Source: Eledone cirrhosa (taxonomy: Eukaryota). From it: a stretch of DNA of 64,000 nt. The DNA lies in NCBI GenBank assembly GCA_964016885.1, contig CAXHJY010001589.1, positions 6,862 to 70,861 on the forward strand. Reading direction: 5' to 3'. Positions 47,565 through 63,684 of the stretch are shown here, piece after piece; the stretch's first letter is position 1; every line of letters starts with the position of its first letter. The notes beneath the pieces are model-generated. The model made no database searches and was not told where the DNA came from. It saw only the letters and a list, made by a program, of their open reading frames with translations. The translations under genes and the position numbers were made by a program.

Positions 47565-48439
47565 AAGGCGGGTAAAATTCCCGAGATCCATGGACGAGTT
47601 CTCTCCAGCGGTCTCTGTCCCTCATTATCGCTGCCATATCCTGCATCTCCAACAGACCAGTGTCTGTCCTTAGGGCAGCAACATGTGTTAACCTTGGTCT
47701 TCCGCTTCTAGTGTGTCCATGTAGGGGCTCCCAAAGGAGCACTGAGTGCAATGTCAACTCTGGATGTCGGTGAGCATGTCCAGCCAACCTCAGTCTCCTC
47801 TGTGTCATTTTGAGCTGACTTTTGTGATGCTCCCATACAGCTCTGAGTTTTTCATCCTCAGTGTATACTGATTAATGTTCAGAGCCATCCTCAGCATTCT
47901 CGTGTAGAACCCATCCACCATCTGAGTGAGTCTCTTGGTCAGTGTCCAAGTCTCAGACCCATACAGCAGCACAGACTCCACTACAGCAATGAAGAGGCGG
48001 ATTTTCAGGTCTCTACGAAGGTCCGACTTCCAGACCGATCTCAAGCTGTGACACGCCGCCCAGGCCTTGCTCTTCCTCTCAACCACATCATCTTCCGTAT
48101 TCCCAATCTTTGCTCCCAAATACAGGAAGTCCTCAACCAATTCCAGCGGCTTCCCGCCTACATTAGTGATCCCCTCTGGCTTCTCAACATTCTCTACCAG
48201 ATATTTTGTTTTAGTCTCATTCATTCTCAGCCCCACACTCATCGACACAGTCTCAACCTCCCGCATCAAATCCTCTGCCTCCTTCACTGTATTTGTCACC
48301 AAAACTATGTCGTCGGCAAATTGAGCATCCGATACCTTTTTCGCCCCAACTCTCCTGCTCTGAGCCGGTGCTACAGTAAAGCCAGTGTCCTGGTGTTTCT
48401 CCAGTGCAAGGCGCATACAATAGTCCACTACGATGATAA

Positions 48440-48445
<6 letters not shown>
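47563..48445 (-). pseudogene. RTE-like non-LTR retrotransposon, 5'-truncated RT fragment
   Basis: [52 protein letters not shown]; one frameshift at ~47806; stop codon abuts (TA)n. Confidence 0.88.
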
Positions 48446-48531
<86 letters not shown>

Positions 48532-48541
48532 GTATGTATAT

Positions 48542-50038
48542 ATAAAGGAGGTAGTAGAGCGGAGGCCAAGAACTATAGGCCAGTTTCCCTGACGACGCAT
48601 ATCAGTAAGGTCATGGAGCGAGTCGTCAGAAAGAAACTAATCACTTTCCTCGAAGAAAATGACCGTCTGACTAGCACGCAACATGGCTTCCGCCCAGGAA
48701 GAAGTTGCCTTACACAGCTGCTACATCACTACGACTGGGTACTGAGACAACTACTAGACAGCTCACATGTGGACGTGATATATCTTGACTTTGCGAAGGC
48801 CTTTGACAAGGTCGACCACGGAATGATATGTCACACACTACACGGACTAGGCATAATTGGAAAAGTAGGTGAGTGGCTGCATGGCTTCCTAACGGACAGA
48901 AGCCAGGCAGTCGCAGTAAATGGGGCCCTCTCGAAGGAAACACCGATAACAAGTGGGGTGCCCCAGGGGACAGTCCTGGGACCACTACTGTTTTTGGTGG
49001 CTCTCTCGGACATGCCCTCTGTGGTGCATGCAACAACATCTCTCACTAGCTATGCTGATGACACTAAGGTAGCACAGGCAATCAAAAACCCGGCTGACGC
49101 TGCTCTTTTACAGCAGAATCTGGATGCCATATACAGATGGGCGGAAGAAAACAACATGCAGTTTAATGTTGGCAAATTCCAAGCCCTACAATACAAACCT
49201 ACAAACACAAATATAGTGGAACACAGCTACACAGGACCAGGAGGGACCGATATCCCCGTGTCAAAATCGATACGAGACCTGGGCATAGACATGAGCGATG
49301 ATGCATCTTTTTCTTCACACATCATGAAGGTGGCGACAACATGTAGACGATTCGCTGGCTGGATCTTGAGGACTTTCCTTACAAGAGATCGACCCACCAT
49401 GTTGACACTGTGGAGGACTTTTGTTCTAAGCCGCCTGGACTACTGCTCCCAGCTGTGGTCACCCCATAGTGTCAAACTAACCACGGAGATTGAGGCAATC
49501 CAGCGAAGCTACACCAAGAGGATTGCCAAGATGAGGGAGACAAGCTACTGGGAGAGGCTAAAGGAACTGAACCTCTACTCCTTGGAGCGAAGACGGGAGA
49601 GATACGCAGTGATCTACATGTGGAAAATCCTGGAGGGACTAGCACCGAACTTTGGCATTGGGAGCTGGACCAACCGTCGAAGAGGACGTCACTGTGTGGT
49701 GCCAAAGATCCCGTCTTCCACATCTAGAATAAGGAGCAGGTATTGCAATAGCCTGGGATTCAAGGGTCCTCAACTCTTCAACAGGCTGCCGAGGCATCTG
49801 AGAGACTTGCATGACGTGGAGGTGGATGTCTTTAAGAAACATCTCGACACCTTGTTATCCAGGATCCCGGATGAGCCCACAGCAAGACACGAGGGAAACC
49901 TAAGGGCAGCAGCAACAAACTCCCTCCTACACCAGTGGCCAACCTATACAGGCTGGAGATAAAACGTGTAGCAACAAGGGCGGTGCACCAGCATGGCCTC
50001 AGCCGGATGGCTGAAACAGGTAAAAGAGTAAAAGAGTA
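48542..50038 (+). mobile_element. CR1-type LINE family B, 5'-truncated copy with open RT frame (to 49962)
   Basis: NYRPVSLT, YLDFAKAFD, GVPQG, YADD, ...TGWR*; same tail as the 20177-22993 copy. Confidence 0.94.
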
Positions 50039-50045
50039 ATATATG

Positions 50046-50128
<83 letters not shown>

Positions 50129-50143
50129 GTATATATATATATG

Positions 50144-50196
<53 letters not shown>

Positions 50197-50289
50197 GTAT
50201 GTATATATATATATGTATGTATATATATATATATGTATGTATATATATATATATATGTATGTATATATATATATGTATGTATATATATA

Positions 50290-50641
50290 TAACTTTGAAT
50301 AACTTTGAAATGTTTTGGCCAGTATTGGCCCAGGCCATGTCTAACTTAATAGCACCACCTGGCGAAGTCTTTCAATTCAGGATTTGGGCACCATGGCCCA
50401 TTCGAGAAGAGAATTACTGTTTGCGGAGACATATCCGGGTGTGGGTGGTTTGTCCGGGATTACTTGGAGGAATTTGTCCAAAGACTTCTTGAATATTTTG
50501 TGCTCAGTTTCTGTTTTGACGTGTCCTGGTGTGATGTTGAAGAGAGCAGGGCCAATTGAGGTGAAATAATTGTGCCGTATTGTTGTTATGAGTTGCGATT
50601 TAGATTTTTGTATGGGACGGATAGCACGGGGCCCAAGCCTT
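50290..50641 (-). mobile_element. CR1-type LINE family A, short 3' fragment
   Basis: Matches 10314-10665; (TA)n on both sides. Confidence 0.93.
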
Positions 50642-52381
<1,740 letters not shown>

Positions 52382-52817
52382 TTATTAGTAATAATAATAA
52401 AATTGAAGACTAAAACCCAAAGAGGGCTGGATAAGGAAAATGTATATCAAATATATAAGAACCGTAGAGCAAATATTTATTAAAATAGCAGATTAAAGTT
52501 TAAGCAAAGAATCGCTGCTTTCACCCTTAACGGGATCTTCTGAAACTAACAAAGTCAATCTGTAAACGCAGAACTGGATATTTCAAAAAACGTTGCAACC
52601 GGAGGAAGACAGGAAGACGATACTTTGGTTCGTGGTAACGTTCGCTGGCAAAGAACGGGAAAAAACGAATAATACGTCATTAATAGGAGCGGTGAAAAAC
52701 AATTACGCGCAAAGACAAAACCACGTTTATGGTATAAAAGAGGTCGTAGACTAATGTTCTCTTAGGTGGTTCTCTGACAATGAACGGAAAAACGAAGATA
52801 ATAAGTCATATGTGGAG

Positions 52818-53303
52818 CGTGGAGAACAATTACCTAGCCGTAGGAACACGTGCAACCCTGTAGTTAGTACTAACTGTAATTGTAGGAATCGGGCTGATTG
52901 CCCCCTATCCGGGAAATGCCTCTCTAGTAACATTGTCTACAAATGTAAGGTTGTAACACCCACGTCCCGTAGCGCCTACATAGGGTTAACCGCCAATAGT
53001 TTCAAGCAGCGTCTTTACATGCATACCCATTCTTTTCGTTACCCTCTAAGAAGGAATATGACGTCACTTTCAGCTTATATCTGGAGTCTAAAAGACAACC
53101 ACACCCAATATAAGTTACACTGGGAGATCCTAGCTAGGGCTAGATCGTATAACGGAAATAAAAGACCATGTGACCTCTGCGCCGCTGAGGCCCTGGAAAT
53201 ACTCTACGCCACAGACCACATCTTAAACAAAAAATCTGAGGCAATTTCGGCTTGTAAACATAATTTGCACAAAACTTTCCTGTATTACAGCCCCACGTTA
53301 TAA
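52818..53303 (+). pseudogene. GIY-YIG endonuclease domain of a PLE, 5'-truncated
   Basis: CNCRNRADCPLSGKC-NIVYKC-AYIGLT-FKQR-H-TSLSAYIW-CDLCAAE-LNKKSE-CKH. Confidence 0.9.
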
Positions 53304-54243
53304 CCTAACGGATAGCACGATCTATACGTGGATATTTTACGTCTTGATGTGGGAGCTAAGTATATGTTTTGTTTATTCCTTTACTTATTTGCATAGGTAA
53401 GTATATATTAGCCGTATGTTGTGTGAAGGTATGTATACCTTCTCGTACGTATATTTGACTGTTATGGCGTATAATTTTTACATATTCTGGTATTTAGAGT
53501 TTGGCTATGTGTATACGGGAGTTTTGCGTCCGCGTGAGTATGCAGGTTCGTATGTATGGTGGGTGTGTGTATATGTGTACTTCTTGTTTTAGTTGACTTA
53601 CGTCTCCGAACATTCGTGTATTTATATGTAGATATGCGTGTGCGCTTGTTATATACGTATTTATTTACTTATATACGTTTATATAATTATTTATTTATTT
53701 GTACACAAGCATACACACACACACATATTTATATGTGCGTGGTTTTGTATACCTATGGTAAGGTTTTGCGTATGCTTGTGTATGTACGTATTTGTTTGCG
53801 TGTATGTATTTATTTGTTTCTATTACTTCTGTATCGTATTTATTTACTTTGTTCTTAACTCTGTAGCGGAGATTCATTTGGTCTCCTAGTTAGAATTTTA
53901 GTTTACGATTTCTGCTATACCATTTACGTGGTTTTGTCTTTGCGTGCTATTGTTCTCCACACTCCACATATGACTTATTATCTTCGTTTTTTCGTTCATT
54001 GCCAGAGAACGTCTCTATGCACCACCTAAGAGAACATTAGTCTACGACCTCTTTTATACCATAAACGTGGTTTTGTCTTTGCGCGTAATTGTTTTTCACC
54101 GCTCAAATTAATGACGTATTATTCGTTTTTTCCCGTTCTTTGCCAGCGAACGTTACCACGAACCAAAGTATCATCTTCCTGTCTTCCTCCGGTTGCAACG
54201 CTTTTTGAAATATCCAGTTCTGCGTTTACAGATTGACTTTGTT

Positions 54244-54294
54244 AGTTTCAGAAGATCCCGTTAAGGGTGAAAGCAGCGATTCTTTGCTTAAACT
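54244..54294 (+). ncRNA. Type I hammerhead-like motif, CAGAAGA core (mirror copy 52497-52547 on minus)
   Basis: AGTTT-CAGAAGA-TCCC-GTTAA-GGGT-GAAA-GCA..TGC-TT-AAACT. Confidence 0.62.
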
Positions 54295-54335
54295 TTAATC
54301 TGTTATTTTAATAAATATATATATATGTATATATA

Positions 54336-54562
54336 TTTCATTATTTCTGAATACGGCATATATATGTGTTGGTATGTATATTTAATTTTGATAGTTTGTA
54401 TAATTTTATATAATTTTGTACATAGATCTGTTGAATATGCATGCCAATTCTAACACATATATATCCTAGAAACGATCGTTAAATAATGAACTTTTTTTGT
54501 TTAATATAAGGAACTGTTTCATTGTTTTATTCATTATTTTTTTAATATTTTTTTTAATATTT
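54336..54562 (+). mobile_element. Family F fragment with HHR-like fold (54339-54488)
   Basis: Shares ATTATTTCTGAA.ACGGC, TACATAGATC and AGAAACGATCGT.AAATAATGA with 63408-63590. Confidence 0.6.
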
Positions 54563-54590
54563 TATATGTATATATATATATATATATATG

Positions 54591-54665
<75 letters not shown>

Positions 54666-54954
54666 GTATGTATATATACATGTATATATATATATATAGG
54701 TATATATATATGTATATATATATATAGGTATATATATATATGTATATATATATAGGTATATATATATATGTATATATATATAGGTATATATATATATGTA
54801 TATATATATATAGGTATATATATATATGTATATATAGGTATATATATATATGTATATATACATAGGTATATATATATATATGTATATATACATTGGTATA
54901 TATATATGTATGTGTATATATATGTATATATGTATATATGTATATATATATATG

Positions 54955-54988
<34 letters not shown>

Positions 54989-55002
54989 TATGTGTATATA
55001 TG

Positions 55003-55049
<47 letters not shown>

Positions 55050-55170
55050 ATATGTATATATATGTATATATGTATATATATATGTATATATATATATATG
55101 TATATATATATGTATATATATATATGTATATATATGTATATGTATGTGTATATATATGTATGTGTATATG

Positions 55171-55201
<31 letters not shown>

Positions 55202-55716
55202 GTATATGTATATATATGTATGTGTATATGTATGTATATATATATGTATATGCATATATATGTATGTGTATATGTATATATATATGTATATATATATGTA
55301 TATGTATGTATATATATATATGTATATATATGTATATGTATATGTATATATATATATATGTGTATATGAATATATATATGTATATATATATATATATGTA
55401 TATATATATGTATATATATGTATATGTATATGTATATATATGTATATGTATGTATATATATGTATATGTATGTGTATATATATGTATATGTACGTGTATA
55501 TATATGTATATGTATATATATATGTATGTATATGTATATATATATGTATGTATATGTATATATATATGTGTATATATGTATATGTATGTATATATATGTA
55601 TATCTATGTGTATATATATGTATATGTATGTGTATATATATGTCTATGTATATGTATATATGTATATGTATATATATATGTATATGTATATGTATATATA
55701 TTTGTATATGTATATA

Positions 55717-55761
<45 letters not shown>

Positions 55762-56370
55762 GTATATATATATGTATATATATATGTATATATATGTATA
55801 TATATATGTATATATATATATATATGTATATATATATGTATATATATATATGTATATATATATGTATATATATATATATGTATATATATATGTATATATA
55901 TGTATATGTATATGTATATATATGTATATGTATGTATATATATGTATATGTATGTGTATATATATGTATATGTACGTGTATATATATGTATATGTATATA
56001 TATATGTATGTATATGTATATATATATGTATGTATATGTATATATATATGTATATATATGTATATGTATGTATATATATGTATATGTATGTATATATATG
56101 TATATCTATGTGTATATATATGTATATGTATGTGTATATATATGTCTATGTATATGTATATATGTATATGTATATATATATGTATATGTATATGTATATA
56201 TATTTGTATATGTATATATATATGTATATATATATGTATATATATATGTATATATATGTATATATATATGTATATATATATGTATATATATATGTATATA
56301 TGTATATATATATGTATATATGTATATATATATGTATATATATATATGTATATATATATGTATATATATG

Positions 56371-56401
<31 letters not shown>

Positions 56402-56428
56402 GTATGTATATATATGTATATATATATG

Positions 56429-56467
<39 letters not shown>

Positions 56468-56605
56468 GTATATATATATGTGTATATATATATGTATATA
56501 TATGTGTATATGTATATATGTATATGTATATATGTATATATGTATATGTATATATGTATATATGTATATATATATGTGTATGTATATATATATGTGTATA
56601 TATAG

Positions 56606-56637
<32 letters not shown>

Positions 56638-57388
56638 GTGTATGTATATATATATATGTGTATATATAGATATGTATATATGTATATGTATATGTATATA
56701 TGTATATATATATGTATATGTGTATATGTATATGTATATATGTATATGTATATATGTATATATGTATTTGTATATATATGTATATATGTATATATATATA
56801 TGTATATATATATATGTGTATATGTATATATATGTATATATATATATAAAGAATGAATAATAACAGGTAGACATCATAAAAAGGTAATTTATTTCGTATG
56901 TGTATATATATATATATGTATATATATGTATATGTATATATATGAATGTGTATATGTATATATATATGTATATATATATGTATATGTATGTATATATATA
57001 TATGTATATATATGTATATGTATATATATGTATGTATATATATATATATATGTATATATATATGTATATATATGTATATATATATGTATATATATGTATA
57101 TGTAATTATATATATGTATATGTATGTGTATATATATGTATATGTATGTGTCTATATATGTATATGTATATATATATGTATGTATATGTATATATATATG
57201 TATGTATCTGTATATATATATGTATATATAGGTATATGTATGTATATATATGTATATGTATGTGTATATATATGTATATGTATGTGTATATATATGTCTA
57301 TGTATATGTATATATGTATATGTATATATATATGTATATGTATATGTATATATATTTGTATATGTATATATATTTGTATATGTATATA

Positions 57389-57447
<59 letters not shown>
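54563..57447. repeat. Imperfect (TA)n/(TATG)n tract with block duplications and a ~48-bp PLE tail (56848-56895)
   Basis: The island matches 58754-58801. Confidence 0.95.
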
Positions 57448-57453
<6 letters not shown>

Positions 57454-57944
57454 TTGGACATCCTGCAGGACTAAAAACAAAACCTGTCAAAGGGCAAAGG
57501 AGCTCTTAAGAGTCAATGGCCATCCAAAATCACCGGGAGAGATGACCCCTTAGCCTTTGTCAAGGCAGAATTCTAGGAGAAGGAAAACTACGATATACCA
57601 CCTGCAACCCTTATGGTATGCAATGATGTTGACTTGTTCTTCTTTTTGGTAAATATCATCTTGTTTAAGATAATGGAACTGGCTTTGTGCAGTGCCTTTG
57701 CTCACTATAAAATTTTCACGGCACAGGCATTGCTTTATATCTGGAAATCTCTCTGCACTTGTCGTCAGATGATACCATGGGCCCAGCACTATGTATCAAT
57801 AATTGTCAAAAGCGTAGTGTTTGTACCAGTGTTTTCAAATCGCTGGCTGGACTAAAAAGTCACACTCGTTCAGCGCATCTGTAGGGGTTCTCCTACATGG
57901 ATATAAAGTAGTGGCCGTACTCGAAAACGAGTTGGCAGCCACCA
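57448..57944 (+). mobile_element. 5'-truncated copy of the 41189-41798 element
   Basis: Colinear similarity and the same 3' stem-loop end. Confidence 0.68.
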
Positions 57945-57966
57945 TATATATATGTATATATATATG

Positions 57967-58045
<79 letters not shown>

Positions 58046-58566
58046 GTATATATATATATATGTATATATATATATGTATATATATATGTATATATGTATA
58101 TATATATGTATATATATATAGTATTTACGTATCGAGAAAGAGAGAAAAAAGGAGTGATAGGTGATACATATAGTTATTTGCCAAGTGGCGTACGCCAAAG
58201 GTGCTCGATACTAGTGCCGGCAGTATTAAATATTCGAAGTGTTAATATTTAGTGGGCTAGAGAGTTAGCAGAGCGTAAGCACGTGGGAAAGTGAAAAATC
58301 GGAGAATAGACCGTTAAAACATGTTTATTGAAAATGTATATATATATATATGTATATATATATGTATATATATATGTAAATATATATATGTATATATATA
58401 TGTATATATATATATATGTATATATATGTATATATATATGTATATATATATTTGTATATATATATATGTATATATATATGTGTATATGTATATATGTATA
58501 TGTATATATGTATGTATGTATATGTATATATGTATATATGTATATATATATGTGTATGTATATATG

Positions 58567-58599
<33 letters not shown>

Positions 58600-58722
58600 G
58601 TATATATGTATATGTATATGTATATATGTATATATGTATATATATATGTATATGTGTATATGTATATGTATATACGTATATGTATATATGTATATATGTA
58701 TATGTATATATATGTATATATG

Positions 58723-58754
<32 letters not shown>

Positions 58755-58804
58755 AAGAATGAATAACAACAGGTAGACATCATAAAAAGGTAATTTATTT
58801 CTTG

Positions 58805-58916
58805 TGCTTACAAATGTTTCCACGGTGGTACTACAGCCTAGTTATGCTATGTGCAAATTTATAAGAATTTGCAGAACTCAAATATCCAATGCTGTGACCA
58901 CTGTATCCTCAGAGCA
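58805..58916 (-). ncRNA. Type I hammerhead with ~85 nt domain II
   Basis: TGCT-CTGAGGA-TACAGTGGT...ACCACCGTG-GAAA-CATTTG-TA-AGCA; inner stems ACAGC/GCTGT and TGCAAATT/AATTTGCA. Confidence 0.75.
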
Positions 58917-59461
58917 GAATGGTAAAATGTACAATGTAAATACCCTTAAGTGGGGTTGTTGGGGAAGATAGAGTAGAAAAGGAAGAGAGATAAGTAGGGG
59001 AGAGGGAGAGAGAGAGAAAGATATGCAGGGGTTGGAGAAGTAGGAGAGAGTGGTTTGTAGATAACTTAATCAAAATGTTATGGTAGGGGTTTTATTATAC
59101 TGGTTACTTTTGGAGAGATGCGTTGATAGTTAAGGTCGGAATTATTTATTGCCCCAGAGGGCAGGTTCATAGATGTGGAGAGGGAGGTAGGCTAAAGGCG
59201 AGAGAGAGAGAGTGTAATGGATGTAGAGAGAGAGGTAGATAGGGGACAGACGAAGTTTATGTGGTGAGTGAACTTTGGGTTTGTAGTAGTAATCTGTGAA
59301 TTGCACTGAGTTACCATTTATAGTGATAAGCAGTGTACTGTCTTGTAATGTGGGGGAAGAGAAGGTGGTTATCTAGAAAGCGATGTTATAGTTACGTGTT
59401 CGAATGTTAATTTATTTTATAGTGAGAGAATTTAGCTTTTAGTTTGTGGTTGCAGTATAAT

Positions 59462-59651
59462 TGTTTCTACTTTAGGCACAAGGCCAGCAATTATCCAGTG
59501 CATTACTGGTACTTTATTTTATCGACCCCGTAAGGATGAAAGGCAAAGTATACCTCGGCGGGATTTGAACTCAGAGCGTAAAGGGATGTAACTATGCTGG
59601 AAAGCATGGCGTCCGACCCTCTACCGATACTGCCAATCCACTGCCCCAACC
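59462..59651 (-). mobile_element. tRNA-derived SINE with 16-bp target-site duplication
   Basis: A-box-like TGGCAGTATCGG and B-box-like GAGTTCAAATCCC on minus; GTGGTTGCAGTATAAT at 59446-59461 and 59652-59667. Confidence 0.88.
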
Positions 59652-60706
59652 GTGGTTGCAGTATAATGATCGTTCAACTCTATCGTTAAGTAGTTTGTTT
59701 TTGGATTTTAATATGTAAAAGAGTTCAAGGTTACACAACCTGCAGTATTTCAATCCACTCCGATATGCACTTGCGCTGGAAAGTATATCCCATTTTAAGG
59801 TGAACTGTTGGTTGCGTTCACGGACTTGCCAGGTCTTGTTGGCGAGCGTGGTCACAAAACGGTGATTAAGATGTTTGATTGAGAATCGATGACGGTACCA
59901 GCGAGATTTAAACGAGGTGGTGGTAATCCGATATAATACCATTTCTGGTCGTTCGATTCAACCGTGCATTGGTAAACAATGTTGGACTATAGGCATTCAT
60001 TCTTCAATGGACATCTTTCAGGTAGATGGCAGTTACATTCTTTGTTGTTGGTAGCGGGTACACCATGGATAGGTTGTGATAGCGGTACAGGTGGATTGTG
60101 TAATACCCGTCTCCCATTTAGTGGTTGGGAGGCAGATATTACGTTCTGCCCATCTGTTACTAAAATGTTTTGTTTTGTAGAGTTGTTTAATTGCCTTAAG
60201 TTAAGTTTTTTTTATGTATGCTTCAAGGTTTGGTGCCGTGGAGTATGATAGTCTAATAGTTTTAGAGTTCAGAATTTTGCTGTATTTATGGGAACTAGGG
60301 AAATGTTTGTTGATTAACTTAAAGAATGATAGAGATAGTTTTGTACTAATCGAGGCATTAAAAATAGGATTGTACCAGATATACTTTCTACAACGTGATT
60401 TATTTGGTGGTGATTTTCTATTATTAGTATGTCTGGTACTACTGTGTGTGTGCACTTGTATTTTAGTCCCCCGGTTACGTATTCCTTGATTTCGTGTAGA
60501 GCTATGTGTGTTATGGAAGTTCCTATCAATGTATTCTATTGTATCCCGGTGGTCGGCATTCCTTAATGCATTATTGTAGTATTCAGCGTGTTCACTAAAA
60601 ATAGTGTTAGACGATAGGCGAGAGATTCTAAGAGAAATACTCCGGGGAACTGATTTGATCATGGACAGTGGGTGGTTTGAGTTAAAGTTAATATACGTAA
60701 GGTTCA

Positions 60707-61957
<1,251 letters not shown>

Positions 61958-62915
61958 ATGAAAAATTGAACAGGGACAGAACAGAGAGGCAGTACGACAA
62001 ATCGTATCATCTACATTCACGCTCAGGAGAGTGGGGGGTAGGTGGGGGACGACGTTTCGGGCATAAGCCCTTCTTCAGGTGAGAGTTCAAAACGTGTGTA
62101 GGGGAGTGGTGGAGAGACATATAGCGAAAGGAAACGGTGCGAATGAAAAATTAACAAATAAAGACAAAAATATAATAAATAATAAATAAAGCATGATCAA
62201 AATACAAGGAATGAGAACATTTAAAAATAAAGGCATGATCAAAATAAACTGAAATTAAAAGGGGGGTAAACAGGTGGTGGAAGGGTGTGGGGTGAGTAGA
62301 GGTGGTGGCGGGTGGAGTGGGGAGAGGGAGACGGGGTGTCCGAGCGGGGAGGGCTGAAGGTGGTGTGTGTGGTTAGGTGTGCGTGCGTGTGTGTGTGTGT
62401 GTGTGTATGTGAAACTGAGGGTTGGGGGAAGAACGGGGTTGCATGTTCAGGAAGGTGTGTGTGGGGGGTGTTTTTGTGGGTCGGAGGGTCTGTGCGTGTG
62501 TGGATAGGGGGGTGGGGGGAGAGGAATCAGGGGGCTGAGGGTGTAAATATGTGGTGGGAAGCACGTGTGTGTGGTTTAAGCGTGTTGTGGGTGTGGGTGG
62601 CGTGTGGATAAAAAAATGTTGTTTTGGGGTGTGTGTGTGTGGGTGAGTTATATAGGTGGTGGTGTAAGAGGGTGGTTGAAAAGTGGTAAGTTACACGGAT
62701 GTATGGAGATTTTGGTGAGAAGTCAAAACGCGTGTGGGTAATCCAAGAAGCGGTGGTCGGAAGAGGAGAGATGTGGGGTGCGCGCGCAACAGGAAGTGGT
62801 CAGCAGTGGAAGTGCTGTGGTCAGTTGGGGCTGAGACAGTGGTCGGAAGGGCATAGCAGCAGTCGGCGGAATGGTAGGGAGGCGAGGATGGGTAGGTGTG
62901 AGAGTTGGAGTGAGG

Positions 62916-62946
<31 letters not shown>

Positions 62947-63041
62947 ATTAGTGGGGTGTTAGTGGGATGAGTGAGTGTGGAGCGGGGAGAGAAGAGTATG
63001 TGTGGTTCTATGGAGGGAGTGTGGTGTACTGGTGTGTGTGT

Positions 63042-63042
<1 letters not shown>
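61958..63042 (-). mobile_element. Probable PLE 3' UTR/pLTR (C/A-rich on minus) with a minimal HHR
   Basis: HHR at 62049-62081; strong strand skew; flanked by (TA)n; no ORF recognised. Confidence 0.55.
62049..62081 (-). ncRNA. Minimal type I hammerhead ribozyme
   Basis: CAC-CTGAAGA-A-GGGC-TTAT-GCCC-GAAA-CG-TC-GT; very short stem I. Confidence 0.7.
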
Positions 63043-63098
<56 letters not shown>

Positions 63099-63102
<4 letters not shown>

Positions 63103-63590
63103 TAAATCTACCAATTAATGGTAGGGTCGAAACCGAATGAAGAACTCAATGTAATCCGTATGTAGATGTCGTGAAGAAAAGTTTAAAATACAACATTTTC
63201 AACGATATAATTCATTGAATACAAAGTCAAAAATAGAAATATTAAAACAATGAAATTAAACAAAAAAAACGGTTAATTCATAGTAAAACTCATTATTTTA
63301 CGATCGTTTATGGGGGGTAGTTCTTTTCTTACGCATAGTTGCCCGTATGTCCATTCAATTATTGATCTATGTAAAATATATTACAAAATATGATAGTAAG
63401 AAAAAATATTATTTCTGAACACGGCGGGTAGTGAAGACGTATGTATTTTTCCTTACTATGATATATTGTAATATATTTTACATAGATCAATAATTGAATG
63501 GACATACGGCGAACTACCCCCGAGAAACGATCGTAAAATAATGAGTTTTACTATGAATTAACCTTTTTTTGTTTAATTTCATTGCTTTTT
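63099..63590. mobile_element. Family F: inverted arm fused to a sense arm with an HHR-like fold (63408-63542)
   Basis: 63245-63408 is an imperfect reverse complement of 63444-63590; homologous to 54336-54562. Confidence 0.62.
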
Positions 63591-63638
63591 TAGATTTCTC
63601 TCTCTCTCTCTATATATATATAAACTAGAAATCGATTG

Positions 63639-63684
<46 letters not shown>

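Larger units (their letters stand above)
52382..54318 (+). mobile_element. PLE family E: inverted 5' arm (52382-52817), GIY-YIG fragment, 3' UTR and pLTR with HHR
   Basis: 52472-52817 is an imperfect reverse complement of 53961-54318; (TA)n on both sides. Confidence 0.85.
58754..60706 (-). mobile_element. PLE 3' half (RT thumb, Cys linker, GIY-YIG, 3' UTR, HHR), degenerate, with SINE insertion
   Basis: SNHP, WYNP, KHFP, IRLSYS; CNCHLPERCPLKNEC, NIVYQC, FKSRW..H, CRLCNLE; ORF would end LYCNHKLKAKFSHYKIN* at 59407 without the SINE. Confidence 0.88.

Noticed and set aside
63245-63590. MITE or fold-back DNA transposon reading of the inverted repeats (also 40721-41030, 52382-54318)
   Set aside because: Arms are unequal or overlap an HHR fold, and one encloses a PLE GIY-YIG fragment; this fits PLE-type inversion better. 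Not fully excluded for 40721-41030.
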